DNA of 64,000 bases, taken from the NCBI GenBank assembly GCA_039738415.1, contig JBCLLY010000001.1, positions 53,621-117,620 on the forward strand. The letters run 5' to 3'. The notes below the pieces were generated by a model. That model saw only the letters and a program-made list of their open reading frames with translations, was not told the origin of the DNA and did not search any database. Numbering within the stretch: position 1 is the stretch's first letter; every line of letters begins with the position of its first letter. A program made the translations under genes and the position numbers. This stretch comes from Candidatus Levyibacteriota bacterium (GTDB lineage Bacteria; Patescibacteriota; Microgenomatia; Levybacterales; GWA1-39-11). Shown here piece by piece: positions 57,662 through 64,000 of this stretch.

Positions 57662-58254
57662 TGGATCTCCCTTTCTTGCCCCGCTTTCCGGGGCGTGCTT
57701 GTATCCTTCATTGAGCTCAGGATTTGGGCGTGAACTTCGAAAGTGTTGGCAGGGTTCAACCCTGTCACTTATGGAGTGGGTTCGCTCTTTTGAAGCTTTT
57801 GCTTGATGTTATCGATAACCATGCTTCCCACTATGGGAATACACGCTATGAAAACGGTAAGGACTGCTCCGAGAAAAAGGAAAGCTCCCCCTACCTTGCG
57901 AACGATTTGCACCTACGCCTCCTCATGTGTGATTGCGGTTTTACCCGAAATTGTGAAGTTAAAAATTACTAGTTACTAGAATCCAGTTACTAGTCTGACC
58001 TGCGTATTTTCAAGGAGCTTCACTTCTTTCGAAGTGACGCAGACCCGTCAAAATCGCTCTTTAAGGCGTGTATGAATAATACCTGAAGCCTTCAAGTAAG
58101 ATATGTCGGGTCAATGTGCTGCCTAGCGCAGCCAACAGAAACGCAAGCAATCCGCCGATGAGGCGGAGCGAAGTTGACCGCCTAAGCGATTACGCAAATT
58201 ATACTCCCGGAAAGCAATAAATTCAAACTATGGGTTAAGTTTATGCTAGAGGCT

Positions 58255-58380
58255 AGATACTGAATACTGGATACTGAATAATGAATAATGAATAATGAAT
58301 AATGGATACTGAATAATGAATAATGAATACTGAATACTGAATACTGAATACTCTATACTGAATAATGAATACTAGATACT
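58255..58380. repeat. heptamer tandem array (ATACTGA/ATAATGA units)
   Basis: Read directly. Confidence 0.85.
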
Positions 58381-58732
58381 ACTTTGTGAGGTTTTCGAGT
58401 CTGTCAGCGGTTCTTTTACTTCCAATTACGATTATATATGTTCCTATCACAAAACAGCTTCCTTTTATCAAAAATACGCCAACTGAAGCTAAATCTGTGT
58501 AGGAAATCTGAAGATAAGTGTTAACTGCGTCTATTATTATGCCTAATGCGAGGAATAATACTCCCGTTCCGATTGTTTTAAATCCATGCGCGAGTATCCC
58601 GCTTCCGAATTTTTTCGTTACCTGATACATGATAACTGAGGCTGTAACTGCGGCAAACGCAGCGATAAATGACACTCCCTGAACGAGAATTGTTAAAAAT
58701 TGAAGATTTTGTAATATTTCCATGGGCAGCAT
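58379..58732 (-). CDS. small multi-TM membrane protein (hypothetical)
   Basis: 117 aa with 3-4 hydrophobic helices. Confidence 0.4.
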   Translation of the reverse strand: MLPMEILQNLQFLTILVQGVSFIAAFAAVTASVIMYQVTKKFGSGILAHGFKTIGTGVLFLALGIIIDAVNTYLQISYTDLASVGVFLIKGSCFVIGTYIIVIGSKRTADRLENLTK

Positions 58733-58737
58733 AAATT

Positions 58738-59325
58738 TTAATTACTATTTGATTGTTGCATATTATCTGTTTTGTTTTCAAGTGGAGTCTGTGGTTGCGA
58801 TGCTATTGGATTATTATTTAATTCTGATAATGCTTTATTTATACTATCCATTTCTTCTTTCGGAAATTGTCCTGCTCCAGTATTTGACTGAGGGGAATTT
58901 GCTGAAGATATTACCTCTGGAGTAGCTACGGCTACATCTGAAAATGGATTTGCTCCCATAACAGCTGGCTCAGGATTTTGGGTTTTAACTTGTGGATCCT
59001 GAATAGAAGATGCTGAAACCGGAGGAAAAACAGAACCTGAAATAGCGCTTGTTTCTATTACTGCAATACCGGGATAAGTGGCAAGAATTGACTCCATGGT
59101 TTTTTTCACAATCAAGCCAGAGAGTTCTACAAATTCATTTATGAGAAGCTGTAATGTTCTTTGCGCGTCTCCCTGAATACTTATTACTTCACCCTGCTCG
59201 CTCATCTCAATTCCCTGCACATTTTTAACCTTCGCAAGAGTAATATCCGGACCAAGAACAATAATCTGCTTTTTTATAAGCTCGGTAAATATTTTTTTAT
59301 AGTCGGAATCGCTTTGCGGCTGCAT
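58738..59325 (-). CDS. hypothetical protein
   Basis: 195-aa ORF with a Q/N/P-rich C-terminal tail. Confidence 0.4.
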   Translation of the reverse strand: MQPQSDSDYKKIFTELIKKQIIVLGPDITLAKVKNVQGIEMSEQGEVISIQGDAQRTLQLLINEFVELSGLIVKKTMESILATYPGIAVIETSAISGSVFPPVSASSIQDPQVKTQNPEPAVMGANPFSDVAVATPEVISSANSPQSNTGAGQFPKEEMDSINKALSELNNNPIASQPQTPLENKTDNMQQSNSN

Positions 59326-59434
59326 AATTTTTTAATTTTTAATTTACAATGAAATCTAAATTATTAAATATTTTATTTTTTAAACATTTTAAATTGATTA
59401 AAAATTTAAAATTTCGAATTTCAAATTTGGCTTC

Positions 59435-59806
59435 CTATTCTCCAATCATTTCTTTTACTTTAGTAACTAAATCTTCAGGTGAAACCTGATATTTGAGTAT
59501 GTATCCTATTGCACCCAAATTCAAAGCCTCTTTTACCATGTCGTCGTGTCCGAAATTTGTGAGCATGGATACTTTCATACTTGCAGTATTTGGATTTGCT
59601 TTAATATTTTTTAAAGTCTCGTTTCCGCTCATCTCAGGCATCATCTGATCAAGTAAAATTAGGTCAAATTGCTGAGTTTGGAGCAGGTCTAGAACTTCTT
59701 TTCCATTTGATGAAACTGCTACGTCAAATCCACCGCTTTTTAAGGCTGTTTGAAAGACGTTTCTCGTCTCCTCCTCATCATCAACTAAAAGAATTCTTTT
59801 TGCCAT
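59435..59806 (-). CDS. response regulator receiver domain protein (CheY-like, single domain)
   Basis: RILLVDDEEETR...DLILLDQMMP...K receiver motifs. Confidence 0.8.
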   Translation of the reverse strand: MAKRILLVDDEEETRNVFQTALKSGGFDVAVSSNGKEVLDLLQTQQFDLILLDQMMPEMSGNETLKNIKANPNTASMKVSMLTNFGHDDMVKEALNLGAIGYILKYQVSPEDLVTKVKEMIGE

Positions 59807-60105
59807 AATGGTTAAGGTAATAGTTATTAAAAATTAGGTAATAGTTAAAACTTCAAACTTGTATCTATTTTCTATTACCTACTACCTATTGCCTCTCTTC
59901 TACCGTATCACCTATACAAATAAAAATCAAGCTGTCGCTTAATTAAAGTTAAATATCGGCTGTGTCAAGAAAATTATTTTGCAATTTTGATATAACAAGG
60001 TCTCGTTAGGGAAAGAGGTTAAGCTCCCCTTCAAAACTATTACACCACTTACTATCATCATGCCTTTTTAATTTTTATAAATTTTTAAACCTAAAGTTTT
60101 CCTCC

Positions 60106-60129
60106 ATCTCCATGTGTATCATATATTAA
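60106..60129. promoter_or_regulatory. perfect 24-bp palindrome GTATCATATATTAATATATGATAC (operator-like), 58 bp upstream of the next CDS
   Basis: Identical copy at 62456-62479. Confidence 0.45.
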
Positions 60130-60187
60130 TATATGATACAGAATAACTAACAACTACTGCTTAGCCAATTTGTTATAATAAATTATT

Positions 60188-61471
60188 GTGAGCGAGCAAG
60201 GTGAAATAAGACCATTTGAGATTAATGAAACAATAGATGTCAAAAAGCCCCTTTTTGATGCTGGTGCATTTACTATAACCCACGCATCAACAAGCGGATT
60301 TGAGCTTAAAATAGACCATCCTCTACGAAGAAGAACACCTGACCAGCCCCTTCCTTTAAATACTACAGAAAAAGAACTACTAAGAGATAACTTAAAAGGA
60401 AATCCTGAAAAAGGAATTGGGAGTGAAATTGATTTTGTGAAAAATCAAGCCAAAAAAACGGCTGGAAAAGAAGACCGTGAACCATCCACGCAAGACTATA
60501 CAGATAAATTTGCTCCAAATGTGGGCATTAGAAATATTTACGAAGAAAAGGTCGCTGGAAGAGACGTCCTTCATGTTGACACAAAACCTGTTACATTCAA
60601 ATTATACAGTGAATTAATTACACGTGAGCAAGCCGGCAGAGAAGACTTGATGGGATTGGGCGAATCTACAGGTACAGCTGCCGCAATTTTTACAAAAGAC
60701 GGAAAGCTGATTCTGCAATATAGGGGGAAAGGAAATAGAGCCTATGGCAATATACCTGGAGCAAGCGCAGCTGGAATGCTTAAAGGAAAATTTAATAGAG
60801 AGCAAGAAACTGATGAAAACGGAAAAGTTCGTAATGTAAATAGAGGAATTTTAACTGATGTTAATCCTCTTGCAAATATAAATACAGAAATATCCGAAGA
60901 GCTTCAAGTTGACCCAAAAGATGCTGATATAATACTCGTTGGAATAGCTCATGACGAGATAAAACCCCACAGTGAATTTATGTATATAGCAACTCTTGAT
61001 AAAACCTCCGATGAGTTAGCTGAAAAAGGACTTATACCTGACGATATGGAAGGACATGACTTCAAGGAGAGATATTTTACAATTGATGGCACACCTGAAG
61101 CTATAAGAACTCTTTTAACCAAAGTTAAATGCCCTCTACCCTCAACTCATTCTGCTGCATTTTTTATGGCAGGATATATGAAGGTGGGTGAACAGGATGG
61201 AGATAAAGCAGCCGAAGAATGGGCAAGACAAGTTGCGCTTGAAATAAAGTCTAACGCTGAAGAAATCGACCGCTTTGTAATTGAAAACCACGATAATTTC
61301 CCTTCACAAGCTCCTGGTAAACCAGAAAGAAGCAAAATAGGATACGACCCACTCTATCTTCCGGAAGAACAAGGTCTTCCATCACTATTAGATGAGCTTG
61401 TCAGAACTCAACTCGTCTCTGAAGCTATGTATTGGAAGCTAAAAAGCAAATATGATCCTCAGAATGAATAA
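60188..61471 (+). CDS. hypothetical protein (427 aa)
   Basis: No family recognised. GTG start in the track. Confidence 0.4.
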   Translation: MSEQGEIRPFEINETIDVKKPLFDAGAFTITHASTSGFELKIDHPLRRRTPDQPLPLNTTEKELLRDNLKGNPEKGIGSEIDFVKNQAKKTAGKEDREPSTQDYTDKFAPNVGIRNIYEEKVAGRDVLHVDTKPVTFKLYSELITREQAGREDLMGLGESTGTAAAIFTKDGKLILQYRGKGNRAYGNIPGASAAGMLKGKFNREQETDENGKVRNVNRGILTDVNPLANINTEISEELQVDPKDADIILVGIAHDEIKPHSEFMYIATLDKTSDELAEKGLIPDDMEGHDFKERYFTIDGTPEAIRTLLTKVKCPLPSTHSAAFFMAGYMKVGEQDGDKAAEEWARQVALEIKSNAEEIDRFVIENHDNFPSQAPGKPERSKIGYDPLYLPEEQGLPSLLDELVRTQLVSEAMYWKLKSKYDPQNE

Positions 61472-62369
61472 CAAGACTGGCTTAAATCCTGAAATGAAAA
61501 ATCCAGTTCAAGCTGCTTTTATTTTTGATGTAGACGGGGTAATTACTAACCCGAGAGAAAAAAGGGTTACGAAAGTAGAACTGCTTGAAAGACTGGCAAC
61601 AGAGCTTGAATTAAATACTCCAGTAATACTTAACACCGGCCGTTCAAATGAATGGATGATTGAGCGCGTAATACTACCTCTAAAAGACAAGCTTAACGAT
61701 AAAACCGCCCTATCTAACTTTTTTGCAGTTGGGGAGAAAGGCTTAACGTGGGTATCATTCGATGAGGATGCAAATATCAAACAAGGAGTATTTAATAGAA
61801 ATGGAGCTCTGGTTGAGGGATTTGACCTGTCTGTGTTTTTGGATAATCAAACCGTTGAACATTTCCAAACGCTGGAACGTGAAACAAAACAACTAATTGA
61901 CTCCAAATATTCTCACTCTACTTTTTTTGACGCAACTAAAAAAGCTATGATTTCAACCGAAATGCACGACGGATATGACCAACCAAAATATGCACTTGAG
62001 CAAATCCAATTTACCGCTGACCTTCATGAACTCCTGAAACGAGAAGGTCTTGAGGGTAAATTTAAAGTCGACCCGACGACCATTGCAACAGATATTCAAA
62101 TTCCTGAAGCTGGAAAACATCTTGGCGCAAAACATATTCTTGACTGGCTTAAATCGGCAAATATTAATCCAAAGCATTTTATAACCTTTGGCGATAGTGC
62201 CTCAGACCTTGAGATGGCGGATTATCTGAATGAGCAAAACCTATCTGTTGATTTCATATTTGTGGGTGGAAAAGAAAATCTCAGCATTACTCGCCCCTAC
62301 CGTATTCATTACACAACCAAATCCTTTGATGAAGGGACACTGGAATATCTTTCTGGTCTTGCTTCTTAA
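61452..62369 (+). CDS. HAD-superfamily hydrolase
   Basis: Motif I FIFDVDGVITNP, plus later HAD motifs (GRSN..., GDSASD). Confidence 0.6.
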   Translation: MILRMNNKTGLNPEMKNPVQAAFIFDVDGVITNPREKRVTKVELLERLATELELNTPVILNTGRSNEWMIERVILPLKDKLNDKTALSNFFAVGEKGLTWVSFDEDANIKQGVFNRNGALVEGFDLSVFLDNQTVEHFQTLERETKQLIDSKYSHSTFFDATKKAMISTEMHDGYDQPKYALEQIQFTADLHELLKREGLEGKFKVDPTTIATDIQIPEAGKHLGAKHILDWLKSANINPKHFITFGDSASDLEMADYLNEQNLSVDFIFVGGKENLSITRPYRIHYTTKSFDEGTLEYLSGLAS

Positions 62370-62455
62370 ACGTAATTTAGTCAGTACGTACTTATATAAG
62401 ATATAACGGAACCCCTTTTACTTTTACTACCTAAAGACTTAACAAATCTTACCCC

Positions 62456-62479
62456 GTATCATATATTAATATATGATAC
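62456..62479. promoter_or_regulatory. perfect 24-bp palindrome GTATCATATATTAATATATGATAC between convergent genes
   Basis: Identical to the copy at 60106-60129. Confidence 0.4.
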
Positions 62480-62496
62480 ACGGTAATCCAAACGGA

Positions 62497-63333
62497 CTAT
62501 TGTGGTAATAATTTGAAGCCACTACCATCTGAGGTGATCACGATATCTCCATTAACCGTAGAAAGATATTTGAGTTTAAATTTATCTAATGCTGAAATTA
62601 CTTCTTTGTGCGGGTGACCGTAGCGGTTATTACGACCAGCAGAAATCATAGACAGTTCTGGTCGGAAGGAACTAAAAGTATCATCATTAGTTCCGGTATA
62701 AGACCCGTGATGCGCAAGCTTAAATATTTCAATTTGATTTAAATCATTTAATAATAAATTAAGATACTCTTTGTCCAAATCTCCGGTTAATATAGCCTCA
62801 AAATCCACATAATCTAGTAAAAATACCAAAGAGCTGTTATTTCTGTCTTCGTCAATGTCTGTAAATTCCTTAGGCGGCCACAAAACGTCAATTTTAAGTT
62901 CATCATTAATCTTTATACTCTCACCCTGCTCGAGGCGGCGAACCGATATGTTCATCTTCTCAAGCTTATTTAAAAGCGCCTGATAACCCAGAACATCACT
63001 ATCTCCATCACTTGTAGCAAAGTTACTAACCGAATAGCTATCCAGAACGTCTAAAAATCCTGCATAGTGGTCGGAATCTGCGTGAGTTACCACCATAAGC
63101 TCAATATTATGGTCATACATGGGCATAAAACGCCCTAAGCATTCCACGATTTTTGCGTCGGGACCTCCATCAATTACGATATCCTGTGAAAAGGCGCGGA
63201 TATAAATACCATCTCCCTGCCCTACATCACAAAACACCATTTTAAAGGAAATATTACTGGAAGCTCTAAATTGAGCTATCAAAACGATAATAATTATTAT
63301 AAATGAGCCTAATATGGGTAATATTAACTTCAT
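62497..63333 (-). CDS. comEC: ComEC/Rec2 C-terminal metallo-beta-lactamase domain protein
   Basis: HxHxDH-type motif VTHADSDHYAGF. Overlaps the upstream competence-domain ORF by 4 bp. Confidence 0.65.
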   Translation of the reverse strand: MKLILPILGSFIIIIIVLIAQFRASSNISFKMVFCDVGQGDGIYIRAFSQDIVIDGGPDAKIVECLGRFMPMYDHNIELMVVTHADSDHYAGFLDVLDSYSVSNFATSDGDSDVLGYQALLNKLEKMNISVRRLEQGESIKINDELKIDVLWPPKEFTDIDEDRNNSSLVFLLDYVDFEAILTGDLDKEYLNLLLNDLNQIEIFKLAHHGSYTGTNDDTFSSFRPELSMISAGRNNRYGHPHKEVISALDKFKLKYLSTVNGDIVITSDGSGFKLLPQ

Positions 63334-63986
63334 GTCTTGCTTCTCTTTCTAAGTAGAAAATAAACTATAACTAGATAATAAAGTATAACAATTGGCAAAG
63401 TAAAACTCGTAAGTGACAAAGGCACATAGAAAATTGAGGTTAACTCCACTACTTTTGAAAAGATTAATAAAAATGGATAGGCCAAAAGTAAAAGCGGCAG
63501 CGATAAAATAGGCGCAACCAAACTTAATACGCCGGAAATTAAACCCAAAATCATAATTATAGGCACGGTCCAAAGAAGCAGAACATTAATAAAAATTGAG
63601 AGCAAGTTTACCTGCCCAAAAGCTATCAGAAGAAACGGCAGTGCGCCAATTTGAGCTGAAAAAGTTGTCGCAAAGTCCTCTTTAACTAAATTTGGAATTA
63701 TTTTAAAAACAACACTTACCACTTTTTGAAATAAGATTATACCTAAAGTAGCAGAAAATGAGAGCTGAAATCCTATATCTGAAATTAGATTTGGAGCAAC
63801 CAAAAGCATTAGCCAGCCTGAAAAAAACAGCGACATCAATGCGGTCCTCTGTCTGCCAAATAACATGGCAACGAATGCAAATGTCGCCATAATACTCGCT
63901 CTGACTATCGGAGGGTCAAAACCGGTTAAAAGTGCGTAGAAAAAGATACCGATAACCGTGAAAATAATTGCGTACTTCTTTTTCAC
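63330..63986 (-). CDS. comEC: ComEC/Rec2 membrane competence domain protein (separate ORF from the MBL domain; may extend beyond window end)
   Basis: Multi-TM protein with the competence-domain pattern immediately upstream of the MBL-domain ORF. Confidence 0.55.
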   Translation of the reverse strand: MKKKYAIIFTVIGIFFYALLTGFDPPIVRASIMATFAFVAMLFGRQRTALMSLFFSGWLMLLVAPNLISDIGFQLSFSATLGIILFQKVVSVVFKIIPNLVKEDFATTFSAQIGALPFLLIAFGQVNLLSIFINVLLLWTVPIIMILGLISGVLSLVAPILSLPLLLLAYPFLLIFSKVVELTSIFYVPLSLTSFTLPIVILYYLVIVYFLLRKRSKT

Positions 63987-64000
63987 AACTCCATTTATGA

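Overview
This is an AT-rich window, about 35-40% GC overall, with several GC-rich islands. Its gene content fits a small-genome bacterium, possibly a CPR/Patescibacteria-like organism; that assignment is an inference.

Housekeeping genes are spread through the window: rplA, pgk, a class-1 FBPase, a class-II aldolase, era, uppS, rnhB, rpmG (L33), uppP, mreB, a split comEC, a histidine kinase/response-regulator pair and a vapBC toxin-antitoxin pair. Six intact tRNAs are present: Trp-CCA, Thr-GGT, Thr-TGT, Thr-CGT and Tyr-GTA, plus several tRNA fragments.

The accessory content is dense:
- A RAYT/IS200-like Y1 transposase gene (42159-42806) sits in a genome saturated with REP-like palindromic elements. 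These include GTCATTCTGG...CCAGAATGAC / GTCATCCTGAA...TTCAGGATGAC units, the CCCGCTAAGCGGG hairpin, the CCGCCAGCTGGCGG hairpin and the GGCGAAGCCAAGTC hairpin.
- Several of these elements are inserted in-frame inside a giant 1794-aa LVIVD-repeat surface protein gene, resembling Rickettsia palindromic elements (RPE-like).
- Two csc-like cell-surface clusters are present: Thr-rich secreted paralogs next to DUF916/CscA-like membrane-anchored proteins. One is a tandem duplicated pair whose promoters differ in a poly-G tract (G9 vs G5), a candidate phase-variation switch.
- A GIY-YIG nuclease plus tRNA-Tyr cassette is flanked by 42-bp direct repeats of a degenerate tRNA-Tyr.
- A tRNA-Thr(TGT) gene carries a duplicated 3' end with an intervening tRNA-like fragment.
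- There are four four-helix-bundle (23S-IVS type) protein genes and two excisionase-type HTH genes.
- Heptanucleotide tandem arrays abut gene starts at many sites.
- A 24-bp perfect palindrome recurs four times, once as a likely operator of a TrpR-like regulator.
- A GC-rich NUDIX gene looks horizontally acquired.
- A roughly 300-nt GC-rich structured element upstream of a terminator and tRNA-Trp is of unknown identity.

No rRNA and no CRISPR array were found.
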